The notes: generated from the letters alone by a model not told the origin. Counted from the stretch's first letter, positions 9,882 through 22,007 are shown. The stretch: 32,000 nt of DNA from Candidatus Saccharimonadota bacterium (GCA_004563595.2 CP042461.1:540001-572000), one strand, 5' to 3'. A program made the numbers and translations.

Positions 9882-10508
9882 ATGAATGGGGAAAAAACAA
9901 AAGAAAAACAAATTTATAACTCTGCTGTGAAACTTTTTTGAAAGTTTTGAGTCAAAAGGGTATCAATAGATATGATTGTAAAAGATGCATGAGTTGCAAA
10001 ATGAACTTTTTATATTTATTTTAAAAATAAAGAGACGTTATATGAACAGATTATTGGTGATATATTAGAACATGGAAAGAAAGTTATGTTTCATTTAGAA
10101 AAAGAAATTCCAGATGTAAAGGAAAGGTTTTTCGTTCATATGATTGGGAGTTTAGAATTTTTTAAAAATAATAACATAGTTCTCAACTTAATTAACCATA
10201 ATGAAGACTTTTTCATTTGAAAAATTAACCATGATTATTTATATGGGAATCATATCGCGTTAATGAAAATTCTTCTATGAAATGATTTTAAAGATGAAGA
10301 TTTTGTAAATTTAGTAGCAAATGTAAAATGATTTTTTATAAATGTATTAAACCATCAAGATTGTTTTGAGTCAGAGGAAGAATACAAAGATTTCATACTG
10401 AAATTAGCCTGAGTTATTGTAAATTGATTATTTTCTGATTATAATGCTTTATTAAAAGAGAGATCTTACGATGATATATGAACACACTTTAACAAACTTA
10501 AATCTTAA
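9882..10508 (+). CDS. TetR/AcrR family transcriptional regulator, 208 aa
   Basis: HTH signature IYNSAVKLFGKFGVKRVSIDMIVKDAGVAKGTFYIYFKNKETLY. Several of its Gly residues are TGA (for example 9990-9992 and 10002-10004). Confidence 0.9.
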
Positions 10509-10518
10509 ATATTAGAAT

Positions 10519-12441
10519 ATGAAAAAAATAATTGCATGTATAGTTCTCCCATTCTTTCTGGTTTCTTGTTGATGAGCTGATATCATTGAAGATGATATAA
10601 AAAAAGATTTTTTATTAGAAACGAAATCTTTTTCTGAGTTTAATAATGTTGCTACGTTAGTAAAAACTTGAAAATTATGATCTTCTCAAGATATTTCACT
10701 TTCTTCAAACGCAACATGAAGAGTTTGACAAATTCTTGTAAAAGAATGAGATAATGTAGTAAAATGACAAGTCCTTGCTGTTCTTGAAGATACGGTTGTA
10801 AATTATGGTATTAATTTAGAAAAATCTCAAAATTGATTAGAAAGAACAAGGATTAATTATGACTCAACGGAATTAACCTTGAATAAGTCTATAGTTGATG
10901 CGGAATTAAATTTGGAAAAAGCAAAGATTAATTATGAAGCATTAAAGCAAAATACAGAGCAAAATATCAAAAAAGCAAAAAATGATTTTAATAACTCTGA
11001 TTATACAGATCTTGATTCTGAATCTGCTCTCAATCTTCAAAAACTTGATAATACAATTGAAAAAATGCAATTGGATTATGATAATATGTTAATATCAGAT
11101 GTTGAAACTATAGAATGATTTCTTTCAACTCTCAAAAAGGATTATAACAGTTTACTTATTTTAATAGATGATGTTATTGAATTTTGAGATACATTATTAT
11201 GAGCAACTGAGTTAAATAAAGATGAAGACGATGATTTTGAGGATTTCCTATGAGCAAAAGATTGATCACAAAAGAATATAACTAAAAGTGAATTGTTAAG
11301 CTTGATCAGTTATAAAAGTTGAGATTTTAGTAACTTAAGCCTTACAAATACTTGAAATATTATAGAGTATTTAGATACATTAACTGAATGATATGAAAGT
11401 ACAAAAAAGTTTTTAAACTCTATTGAGCAAACAATAAATAACTCTATTGTGAGTGAATGATCGCTATGAACTACGGATATTTCATGATATATAACTTCTG
11501 TAAATACTTATCAATCTTCTTTACAAATAAACTATGCTACGTTTATTGCATTTGATAATGCAACAAAAAGCTTTCTTAGAACGTATGAAAACTCTCAATC
11601 ATCAAGCTTAAAACAGATTGAATTAACAAAAAAAGATAGAGAAATTTTATTAAAATCACTTACTACTTGAGAACTAAATGCGGAAGTAGGTTACAATAAT
11701 ACATTAATTAACTCAGAAGATTCACTTCTGAGTATGGAAATTCAGGTAAAAAACGCAACGAACTTACTTGAAAATGCGAGAGATAATAAGAATGTTACTC
11801 TGAGAAGTTTAAATAATGCTATTAGTGACGCTTCTATATCATATAGAAGTACATTAAAAGAATATAATAAATTAACTATCACATCTCCAATAGATTGAGT
11901 GATTTGATCTGTACTTATAGATTTATGACAAGAAATTGCGACAGGTACTCCAGTATTTACAGTCTTAAATACATGAGATAATGAGGTTTCTATCTCATTT
12001 AATAAAAAAGAACTCGACTTTGTCTCTGCTGGAACCGAAGCATTCTTAGATTTCGAATGAAAAACCTATACGGGTTCTATTTACTCTGTTGCGACTACAG
12101 CTGATAGTAATCTAAAATATGTTTCTAAAGTAACATTTTCAGATGATATGAATTTAATATGAAATATTGTTTCTATCAAAATTCCAGTGAAAGTGAATAA
12201 AACTCTATTACCAATTAATGTTTTAAAAATAAAAGATTCATGAGTATGAACTTTAAATGTATTGAAATCAGATCCTGAGAGTGGTACAGGAGCATTAAAA
12301 ATCGCATTTGTAGAAGTAGAGTTAGGAAATATATATTCTGACCAGGTTGAGATTTTAAGTGATATTGAGGGATCCGAAGAAATTATTTTAAATTATGTAG
12401 ATAATTTTGATCCAGAGAAATTTATTTTAAAAGTTAAATAA
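10519..12441 (+). CDS. efflux RND periplasmic adaptor (membrane fusion protein, HlyD family) lipoprotein, 640 aa
   Basis: Lipobox FFLVSCG. Lipoyl-like hairpin motifs GRVGQILVKEGDNVVKGQVLAVLED and ITSPIDGVIGSVLIDLGQEIATGTPVFTV flank a long coiled-coil region. In frame with track ORF 10879..11118. Confidence 0.85.
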
Positions 12442-12558
12442 AAACTCCCCCTGCCTTTCAGGCATCCCCTCCATAAGGGGGAACTCAAAAAAGTCCTACT
12501 ATATATTTTAGTCTCCCTCTTGGAGGGAGATGTCCGTTAGGACAGAGGGAGTTTTTTT
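12442..12558 (+). terminator. GC-rich multi-hairpin element ending in an intrinsic terminator, between adaptor and pump genes
   Basis: Hairpins tgcc-tttca-ggca, tcccc-tccataa-gggga, tctccct-cttgg-agggaga and gtcc-gtta-ggac. ctccctct (12513-12520) can alternatively pair with agagggag (12544-12551), which is followed by T7. Confidence 0.6.
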
Positions 12559-12594
12559 AACCAGACCTCTTAATATAATTACATTAAAAACAAT

Positions 12595-15500
12595 ATGTCT
12601 AATACTATAGAAAAAATTAACCAAAAAATAGAAAAATGATTTTTCGGTTTTTGGGTGAAAAAATTTAGAGTCTCTTTTTTGGCTATATTCTTAATTATTG
12701 TAGCCGGAGCTTTTTCTCTTGTCACTATTCCAAAGGAATCAAGTCCAGATATTAAGTTTGGGGTTATCTCTGTTGTAACTCCATATATATGAGTGAACCC
12801 AACTGATATTGATTCTCTTATTACTGATAAAATTGAGAAAGAAATTAAAGATCTTGATTGAATTAAAAAAATCACATCAAGATCATCAGTATGAGTAAGT
12901 TCTATCACTGTTGAACTCCATAATTGAGTTGAGACAAGGAATGTACTCACGGATATCAAAGATGAGATTGATAAAATCTCACTTCCAGAAGATGCTGAGG
13001 ATACTCTCGTAACAGAATTATCAAGTAGTAATGAACTTATGTTTGAGGTTTTACTCTATTGAGATGCTACAAGGTACACTCAATTTGACCTTGTAAATAA
13101 CTCTCAAATAATTAAGAATGCTCTTGAGTGATCAAATTGAATTTCTTCAATTGATTTATGATGAGCTGATGTAAATTCAGGGGCTGGAAGTTCTTCAGCT
13201 GATGATTATGAAATCAAAGTATTACTTGATAGAGATAAAGTTGAGCTTTTAAACTTAACATTATGAGAGATTTCTAATACTATTAAAAGTTATAATAAAA
13301 ATACTCCAATTTGAAATTATACTATTTGAGATTTAAATTATGATTTCAGGTTTGATTGAGAGCTTGCGAATATTACGGAATTAAAAAATGTTGTCATCAA
13401 ATGAACAAAATGATCAAACATACTATTAGGGGATATTGCAGAAATTAAAAGAGAGTACAAAGATGATAGTATTAAAAAACTATGATTTTTAGATAATAAA
13501 TGACTCAACTATACCTCACTTGTTTTTAATAAAGGAAAATGATCGAATGTATTTGATGTATCAGATAGTGCAAAAAATGCTTTGGAGGACTATTTAAAAT
13601 CAAATCCAAATTTTGAATGACTGGATATTTTTTATACAAAAGATATGTCAGAAGCAATTATTGAAGATTATACAAATCTCTCATCAACAGCAATGCAAAC
13701 TCTTGTTTTAGTATTTATTACTATCTTACTATTTGTTTGATTAAGAGAATCATTGATTGCTTCCATGTTGTTACCTCTTTCGTTCCTCATTACGTTTATA
13801 GTTCTTGATACTCTTGGTTTTTCATTAAATTTTCTCACGAATTTTTCTTTAGTATTAACCCTTTGAATTGCTATTGATACTATGATTGTAATCATAGAGT
13901 GAGCCTCAGAAAAGATTAAATTATGATATAATAAAAAGTCTGCTGTATTACTTGCTGTAAAAGATTATAAAGCACCTTTGATAGCAGGGACACTCACAAC
14001 ATTGGTAGCTTTCTTACCTCTGATGTTCTTACCTGGAGTGATGTGAAAATTCTTGGCATATATCCCAATTACAGTTTTTGTAACTCTTGTTGCAGCATTA
14101 ATACTCTCACTAACTGTAAGTTCTGCTCTGTTTGTGAAGTTTGTAAAAGATTTAGATTATTATCATAAAGATGAGAAGCTTGAAGCTACTTTTTCTAAAA
14201 ATCAGGCAGAGTATTTAGCCTTTGAAAGGCAATGAAAGAGAGAACAAACACACGATAAGTCAAATATGAGAGATAAGGTGCTTTTATGAATGGGGTTAAA
14301 ATATTACAATCTTTTAAAAAAGGTGATTATAAGTAGGAGGAATAGATTAATACTGATTTTTTCTCCGATAATAATTCTTATTTTTACGTTCATATTTATA
14401 TCACCTCAGTTATGATTTACACTTTTCCCTGCAAGTGATCAATGAGTAATAACTTGATCAATTGAAACAAAAGAATGAACTGATAAAAGAGCACTTGTTA
14501 AGTACTTGTCTCAATTGGATGAAGCTATCTATAAAATCCCAGAATTAAAGGTTTATTATACAACTCTTTCATGAAATAGAATCGATATTTATATTGAATT
14601 ACTTCAAAAATCAATTCGAGAAGATATGTGAATGAGGGATGTATTTGAGGTAGAAAAAGTTATCTTATCTCAATTAGGTGAATTAGAATCTGATTGACTC
14701 ACTGTTTCTATTGAAACACTCAAGGATGGTCCTCCAACAGGAAAGGCTGTATGAATTAAGCTTATTGCAAATAACTCAAAAAAGGTAGAGGATTTAAAAA
14801 ATACAGCATCAATATTCAAGGAAAAATTTAGAGGTATAGAATGAGTCAAAAATGTTACAACAACCAGTAGTGAGAGCCCAGGGCAATTTATCTTTAAATT
14901 TAATAAAGATAAGCTCGCAGAATCATGACTGACTCCTAATGATATAGTCTCTGAAGTGTATTTTTACACGAATGGTATGAAAGCTGGCTCTATAAAGTCA
15001 GAGTATGAAGATAATGATGTTGTTTTGAAAATAGCACAATTTGATGAAAACTTAAGCCCAGAGGATATTAATAACTTGTTAATAGATACAAGAATTTGAA
15101 AAGTAAGGGTAGGGGATTTTGCTACATATGAATTTACAAAAGCAGTTTCTTCTATTAATAGAGAAAAATGAAAAATTGCTATTACTGTTGAAGCTGATGT
15201 TGTAAGTTGAATTCTTCCAAGTGAAATCCAGCCAGCATTGGAAAAAATCGCTGCAGAGTATATTTACCCAGAAGGGATTATATATACAAGTGGATGAGAG
15301 AACGAAGAGAACAAAGACTTGATTGTTTCTACATTTAAATCACTTTTTATCACACTATTTTTGATATTTAGTATACTTGTATTTCAATTTAACTCTTTTG
15401 GTCAGCCTGCAGTGGTAATGTACTCAGTTGTACTGGCGATGTTATGAGTAAATATATGATTATTTCTTACCTGAAATCCATACTCTATGGCATTTATGAT

Positions 15501-15822
15501 TTGATTTATTGCCTTGATGTGAGTTGTGGTAAATGATGCGATTATTCTTATTGATAGAATTAATAAGAATCTTGAGAAATGAATAGATAGTCTCCATGCA
15601 GTAATTTGAGCAGGGAAGACAAGACTGCAACCAATTATCGTTACTACACTTACAACTGTGTTTTGAATCCTACCTCTTGCTTTCAAAGATGAGTTTTGGG
15701 CATGACTGTGATATACGATAGTATTCTGATTGTTCGCAGGCTCTGCTATGACATTGTTTGTGATACCATCACTGTATTATGAAGTATTTTTAAGGAAGAA
15801 AGAAAATAAGTTGACAAAATAG
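12595..15822 (+). CDS. RND superfamily efflux transporter permease (AcrB/HAE-like), 1075 aa
   Basis: Twelve-TM, two-large-loop architecture. Conserved TM4/TM10-type segments LVLTLGIAIDTMIVIIEG and LMGVVVNDAIILIDRIN. In frame with track ORF 14053..14235. Many TGA codons read as Gly. Confidence 0.93.
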
Positions 15823-15881
15823 TTTTTTATAGTAACCTTCTAATTAAGGAGAAATAATAATAATTTCTAAAACATTCTACT

Positions 15882-16043
15882 ATGATTGAAAACAACATTT
15901 GATTTAATCCTAATTCTGAGGCGATGAAAAATTATAAACCAGAAACGAATGCACAGTATCAGGAAAGAAAATTTATAGAAGCAATCGAACATATAGCAAG
16001 AACTGCTAAGAAACCATTACAAGAAATAGAATATAATTCATAG
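15882..16043 (+). CDS. small hypothetical ORF, 53 aa
   Basis: ATG..TAG with one TGA, followed immediately by a 17-bp-stem terminator. The only SD-like aaggag is about 30 nt upstream, so support is weak. Confidence 0.35.
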
Positions 16044-16081
16044 ACAAATTAAAAGACCTTATATAAGGTCTTTTAATTTGT
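16044..16081. terminator. bidirectional terminator (perfect long inverted repeat)
   Basis: acaaattaaaagacctta-ta-taaggtcttttaatttgt lies between convergent genes and includes the nrnA stop. Confidence 0.8.
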
Positions 16082-17039
16082 CTAAAATTTCTTTTTCTGC
16101 TTCTTTCATTGAAAGTTCTGTATAGAATCATGCTGCTTGTTTGTGTCATCATCATCCATATGAAGCACACAGGCTTGCTACATCATAACCAGTTGATCTA
16201 AAGCTTGTTTTTAGTTTGGTGTCATCTATATAGTAGATAAGGAAGCAAACTTCCATTCATTCCATGTTTGATAAGAATTCATTTATGAGTCATGAAGTCT
16301 CTTTATCTGTAGTATTTGTTTTTTCAAAGAGTTCTTTTGGTATTAAACCCCATACAATTTTTCAATTCTCGCTTGATTTCAGGTTTTTTAGTACTTCTCA
16401 CCAGAGTCTTGATTTTGTAAGATTTTTCTTTTTATAGAAGTGAAACATAGGAGATCTAAAATCAGCTCAAAGTTCCATGAGTTTTGCTGCTGTATGGAGT
16501 GTTGTTGGAGTTGTATTTGAATTATAGAATATATTTGTATCTGTGTGAATTCATGTTGTGAGAAGAGTTGCTATTTTTGGATCAATATATGAATCAAGTC
16601 ATATAGATTCCAATACTCTGAATAGTAATTCACATGTAGATGATGATTTTGTATCTATAATATTGAGACTTCAAAATCATGGATTGGTAATATGGTGATC
16701 AAAAACTACAAAATCTGTATTTTTAAATATTTCTATATTATTTTTATAAGTATTTCAGAGTTGATCAAGAGATGCAGCATCTAAACTAATTATCAAGTCG
16801 GGGCTAAATTGTTTTATATCTAATTCTGGAGTGACAATATCATCCATTCATAAAAAACTAAAATCAGCAGGTGATTTCTCATCATTTATAGCAGCTACAT
16901 TATAGTTTAATTTTTTAAGGATGAGATATAGTGCAGTCAAGCTTCAAAAGCAATCAGGATCCATTCTTATATGATTTATAAGAAGGATATTCTTAGCTAA
17001 AGCGAGTTTTTTTCAAAACTCTGCAATTTTTTGTTCCAT
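16059..17039 (-). CDS. nrnA: DHH/DHHA1 family phosphoesterase (NrnA-like oligoribonuclease/pAp phosphatase), 326 aa
   Basis: Motifs NHIRMDPDCFGS, DHH (VVFDHHITN) and DHHA1 (YGGGGHKQAAGF). Three consecutive Gly codons at 16146-16154 are TGA. Confidence 0.85.
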
Positions 17040-17921
17040 TGTATATGTATTATGATTTATATTGAAGAGATTATAGGTTTAATTTATTTTTAGTAAAGTT
17101 ATATCAAAAAAATAGGCGTAAAAAAAAGTTAAGTATATTGGGTAATAGGGACTTAACTTATATATTGTCTAATTCTCACGCTAGACAATATATAAGTTGT
17201 TGTCTAGGAAGAGTAGATCGATTTCGAAAAACTAACCTGTGTTTCTCTATGAAGATGCTCAATCTTCTTAATTTAAACCTCGTTTGGGCAATTATTTAAA
17301 AGCTATTCACCATGCTTTTTTATTTTTGTTTTTTGAACTATTTCTCAAGTTCTTTTTTTTGTTGTTGGGTGATAGTTATATTCATCCAATAATCAATATG
17401 AATTGATTACTCAATGAATATAACTACTTAACCGTTTTTATTTTTATTTTTGGATATAAATAAATCTATATCATCTTTTTTGGTAGGAGGTCTTACTAGG
17501 TTTCTGTAAGTTCCGTTCTAACGAAGAAAAAATTATTTTAATGAACAAGTAAGTTATTAATCTAACTTACACATTTATTATAACAGTTTATCAAAAATAT
17601 CTCTAAAATATTATATTGACTTTTCTGTTTTCTCTAGGGTCTCCTATATTATTACCCACTGTTAAGCTCTATTTTAAAGGAAAAGTAGAATTAATATTTT
17701 CTTAAGGTTTGATTTGAAAATAGTCTCTATTTTAAAGGAATTATTGTGTTTTTTAGGTCTATAAAAAGGCTACTTTGTTTCAAAAATGTATACATCTATT
17801 GAGGATACCTTTTATTGTTAATAACTTGTAGAAAACTAAGTGAAAGTCTCTTCTGTAATAAATTTGTAATTATAAAAAAATCCTTAATATAAGAGTAATT
17901 GTTTAAAAATAACACTTATAA
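17040..17921. other. ~880 bp non-coding spacer with multiple stable hairpins and terminator-like elements; candidate ncRNA(s), unidentified
   Basis: All six frames are dense in TAA/TAG. A perfect 16-bp stem lies at 17156-17171/17182-17197, overlapping a 9-bp stem at 17130s/17151-17159. A hairpin sits at 17251-17267 and a stem plus T-run at 17298-17321. A 12-bp stem with a nested 7-bp stem at 17374-17425 is followed by a T-rich run. A 7-bp hairpin lies at 17549-17570. The 16-nt direct repeat ctctattttaaaggaa occurs at 17667 and 17725. Confidence 0.5.
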
Positions 17922-19988
17922 ATGCCTGAAAATACTTACTTTACTAGGTCAAAAGGATTTCTTGGAAAAGAAATAGATACGTATGTAGAAAAAGATATCA
18001 TCGAGTTGCAAGATCTTATTTCATATCACAATGACTTATATTATAATAAAGAAGATCCTATTATCAGTGATTTTGAATATGATCAACTTTTTAAAAACTT
18101 AGCTTTCCTTGAAAAAAAGTTTTGAATTCAATCAATGCAAACGTCAGAAGTTGGTTCTACACTTAAAGAATCTACTTTTGAGAAAGTGAAGCATAGTAGG
18201 CCAATGATTAGTCTAGATAATACTTACAATGAGGATGATTTAAATGACTTTAATGAGAGGGTTTCAAAATTGTCTGATTCGGTTTGAATTATAGACTATA
18301 CTCTTGAATTCAAATTCGACTGACTATGAGTAGAGCTAATTTATAAAAATTGAAAATTGGTTCAAGCGATCACAAGGTGAAATGGTATAGAATGAGAGGA
18401 CGTTACTGAGAACGCAATGCAGGTGAGCAATATACCTAAAGAGATAGAGTATAAAGATCATTTAGAGGTGAGATGAGAAGTTGTAATGCCCATTTCTATA
18501 TTTAATGAATTGAACGAGGATGCAAAAAAGACTTGAGACAAAGTATTCTCGAATCCTAGAAATGCAGCGAGTTGAAGCTTGAGATTGATAGATAATAGTG
18601 TTACAAAAAAAAGAAAACTGAAGTTTTTTGCTTATGATCTTGCTAACTTCGAGGAGTTTAGAATAAAAGAAAATAAAACAGAGTATTTTGATGTTATTAA
18701 AGATATCGATAATTTATGATTTGAAACATCAAGTTATTTCAAAAAATTATCTTGAATATCAGAAGTTATTACAGCAGTTGAAAACTTTTGAGATACAAAG
18801 AATAATATTGATTTTGAAATTGATGGATTAGTTTTAAAAGTAAATCATATTGATTATTGGAAAAAAATAGGCTCTACTGAGCATCATCCACGTTATGCAA
18901 TTGCATATAAATTTCCTGCTGAGATATTTACCACTCAGATATTATCTGTTGAACATCAAGTTTGAAGAACTTGAGCCATCACACCAGTTGCTAATTTAGA
19001 AGCTGTAAATATGTGATGAGCTATTATTAAAAGGGCTACTTTACATAACTATGAAGAAGTAGAAAGCTTAGATGTCAGAATAGGGGATACAGTGTTTATT
19101 AAAAGAGCATGAGAAGTGATTCCTAAAATAATTTCAGTTGTAAAAACTTGAGAGAGGGATAACTTAGAGAAAATATTTCCTCCAAAATTTTGCCCGAGTT
19201 GTGAGACTGAAGTGGTAAAAGATGAGTGAAAAGTGAGGTATTATTGTCCAAATGACCTAGATTGTCCTGCAAAACATTCTGAAAAATTAGCATTCTCGGT
19301 AGGGAAACAATGATTTAATATAGATGGTCTATGAGAACGACAAGTAGAAATATTTTTACAAGAAGGGATTATTCATAACTTAGTTGATGTATTTCAGATA
19401 GAAAATAAAAGAGAAGAGATATTAGCTCTTGAATGATTTAAAGAAAAAGCGGTATCAAATCTGATTACTTGAGTAAATAATGCAAAAGATGTAAGTATAG
19501 CAACCTTCCTTACCGCACTTTGAATTGCATGAGTTGGGAAGAAGACAGCAAAGACTTTGGCTCAATTATTTGAAAATAAAGAAGATTTACTTTTATTTTC
19601 TTCATCTGTTGAAAGTTTAGAAAAACTTGCTGATATTTGACCAGAAATAGCAAAGAATGTAATTGAATATTTTTGAAATGCTGCTCATAAGAGGTTATTA
19701 GAAGAGTTAAGTGGCATATTAGATATTAGTTATTATAAAAATATTTTATTAGATTCAGATTTAATATTCACTTGAAAGAAGATGTGTATAACTTGAAGTT
19801 TTGATATATACAAAAGGGAAGAGTTAGCAAAGATACTAGAAGAAAATGGTTGAGAATTTATGAGTAGTGTCACAAAAAAAACAGATTTTTTACTTGCTTG
19901 AGACAAAGCTTGAAGTAAACTAAAAAAAGCGAATGATTTATGAGTAGAAGTTGTAAGTTTAAATGAATTTTTAGAAAGAGTAAGCTAA
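17922..19988 (+). CDS. ligA: NAD-dependent DNA ligase LigA, 688 aa
   Basis: Adenylation motif EFKFD-G-L-G with Lys at 18312-18314 and both Gly as TGA (18321-18323 and 18327-18329). Also ITRGNGIEGEDVTEN, the Zn-finger CPSCETEVVKDEG..YYCPNDLDCP, then HhH and BRCT-like regions. Confidence 0.95.
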
Positions 19989-20053
19989 TTTGTCACTTTT
20001 ATCTAAAAATATCGTTTTAATACATGTTATAAAATATTATTTTAAATGTTAAT

Positions 20054-21253
20054 TTTTTTATTATGGCTATGCAAAACTATGCAAAATTTGAATCAAGTAT
20101 TTCTGCTGATTCTGCGAGAGGAAATATGATTGAGCAGTCTTTTGGTGGATCAAACTACTACTGAAATTCATTCTTGAGTGAATTATTTAACTTTATAGGT
20201 GATTTACTTGGTTTCTTACTGGGTGCTATTATTGCTTTTTCAGTTGTATTTACATTTTTCTTCTTTGTATACATGATTGTTTCACTTTTTACAAAAGGTG
20301 GAGAAAAAACAATGTGAGAAGTAAAAATGTTATGAACTTCGTGTATAAATATGATCAAAAGATTTATTTATTGAATCGTTTCTTATTTGAAAAGAACAAT
20401 CAAATGTTTATGGAATAGGAAATACATTGTTTTAGCTGCAATACTATTACTTGCTTTTACTTCATTTGGAAAAGATGTAATAAACTGACAATCTAGATTT
20501 TTAAAACTTGATAAAATTAATCCAGGGTATGTAGGAATTGATTTGAAAAATTCTAGACTATTACAACCATGATATCATTTATATAGTCCATTAAAAACAA
20601 GCGTATTTTTATCACCTACGAATGATTTCAGTTTTCAAATTGCTGAGGTTACAGCAAACTCAAGTGAAGAGTTAGGAGTTACTCTTGATTATAAAGTATG
20701 ATTTCAATTAATAGATGACAAAAGATTAGATTTCTATAATAAATTTGGAGCAAAAAATATCAGACTTGTTTCATCTGAGATTGTTATGCCAAGACTTCTT
20801 GAGGTTATCAAATGAACTATTAAAAATTATTCATTTAAAGACATCTCATCTAAACATGATGAAATTAAGGAAATTACTATTACTGAAGCAAATAAAAAAT
20901 TAAAAGAATTAGGGGTTTCTATTCAAGATATCACCATTATAGATATTAGACTTCCAAAAAGTTATCTTTCTTCTAAAGAAGAATTACTCAAAGCTGAGAA
21001 TGGATTAAAATTAGCTGAAGCAAGGTTTGAGGCTCAAAAGAAAGAGTCAGAGAAAAGATTACTAGAGGCAAAAAATTTAAAAGAAGTAAAAATTATTGAA
21101 GCAGAGGCTCTCGCTGAGTATAATAAAATTGTTAAGTCAGAGAGTGTGACTGATAATATGTTAGAGATGAAGAAGTTAGAAAATGAAACTTTGAAGATTA
21201 AAAAATGGGATGGGAAGATGCCAAGTACAGTAGGGGATAATTCAGGGTTGTAG
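20054..21253 (+). CDS. SPFH/Band-7 (prohibitin/HflK-like) domain membrane protein, 399 aa
   Basis: N-terminal TM segments, then an SPFH core (GYVGIDL..PGYHLYSPL..LGVTLDYKVGFQLID..IVMPRLLEVIKG..GVSIQDITIIDIRLP) and a C-terminal coiled coil (AEARFEAQKKESEKRLLEAK). Confidence 0.85.
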
Positions 21254-21337
21254 GGAGGAAGGAGAACTTTTAAAAACCCATCCCCCTTCGGGGACTTTCC
21301 TTCATTCGAATGGAAGATATAAAATATAGTAATAAAA

Positions 21338-21369
21338 AAATAAAAGAGTGAATGTTCTTTTATTTTTTT
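21338..21369. terminator. bidirectional AT-rich terminator (SPFH / trmB)
   Basis: aaataaaaga-gtgaatgt-tcttttattt with flanking A/T runs. It overlaps the trmB stop. Confidence 0.6.
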
Positions 21370-22007
21370 GTGAGTTCTATGTAGCAGATTTCTAGTTTGT
21401 GTCCTCTGAAGATTTGTTCAAATTCGGTTATGTTTGTGACGTCGAATTCTTCTATGTCTTTTTCGTAGTGGTATGTTTTTCTTGATTGTTCCCAGAGATT
21501 GAGTTCATCTAAGATTTCGAGTGTTTCATCAAAGTATTCTTTATGATCGGTTTTAAATATTACTTTTCAGCCTATCTTTGTTTTATTACAAAGGTTTGTT
21601 AAGAATTCTTCTTGGAGGAGTTTATGTTTTTTTTGTCTGTCTTTTTTTGCCCAGGGGTCAGGGAAGAATATATATGTGAGTTCGAGTTCTCAGTCTGCGA
21701 AGATATCAGTTATCTTTTGTGCAAAGTCTTTGATAACTACAAAGTTTTCTCATCATTTTGCGATGGTTTTTTCTGCTGTATTATAGACTCTTTTATATTT
21801 TATTTCCATTCCGATATAATTTTTGTCTGGATTTTTTGAAGCTTCTGTACTAAAAAAATTCCCAAGTCCTGTCCCTATCTCTAGGACAATTGGATTATTA
21901 TTTCAAAAAAACTCATTCCATTTTCACTTGTGTTTTGATGCTTCTTCAGACTTTGTTATTATATTTGGGTGCGCTTTTACCTTCTCTATATAGGGGTTAT
22001 TTATCAC
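21360..22007 (-). CDS. trmB: tRNA (guanine-N7)-methyltransferase TrmB, 215 aa
   Basis: SAM motif [11 protein letters not shown], then IGMEIKY and the family signature [20 protein letters not shown] start with aagga 9 nt upstream; an in-frame TAA lies just upstream of it. Confidence 0.88.

Noticed and set aside
12522-12609. SD-like GGAGGGAG + ATG (12529) opening a 26-codon ORF inside the GC-rich element
   Set aside because: The SD abuts the ATG with essentially no spacer. The ORF overlaps the pump start out of frame. The purine and pyrimidine runs are better explained as hairpin arms.
12579-15686. Track ORFs 12579..12959(-), 13668..13895(-) and 15402..15686(-)
   Set aside because: All three lie antisense inside the RND pump gene, whose plus-strand frame has clear family motifs across its whole length.
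17040-17921. Assigning the long spacer to RNase P RNA, tmRNA, SRP RNA or a T-box leader
   Set aside because: I saw only weak look-alikes: GUGAAAGUCUC on the plus strand, ACAGAAACCUAGUAAG on the minus strand, and UUGGGUGAUAG before a terminator. The partner elements are missing (P4 complement, tRNA-like 3' end with a CCA-proximal T-arm, specifier/Stem I, a downstream aaRS gene). A covariance-model search is needed, so it is left unidentified.
21254-21270. Purine-rich GGGAGGAAGGAGAA just after the SPFH stop as the SD of a hidden gene
   Set aside because: The nearest ATG (21309) is about 40 nt away and opens only a ~24-codon ORF that runs into the trmB terminator. The sequence is more likely part of the GC-rich hairpin and terminator region.
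20158-21839. Track ORFs 20158..20358(-) and 21612..21839(+)
   Set aside because: They are antisense to the SPFH gene and to trmB respectively.
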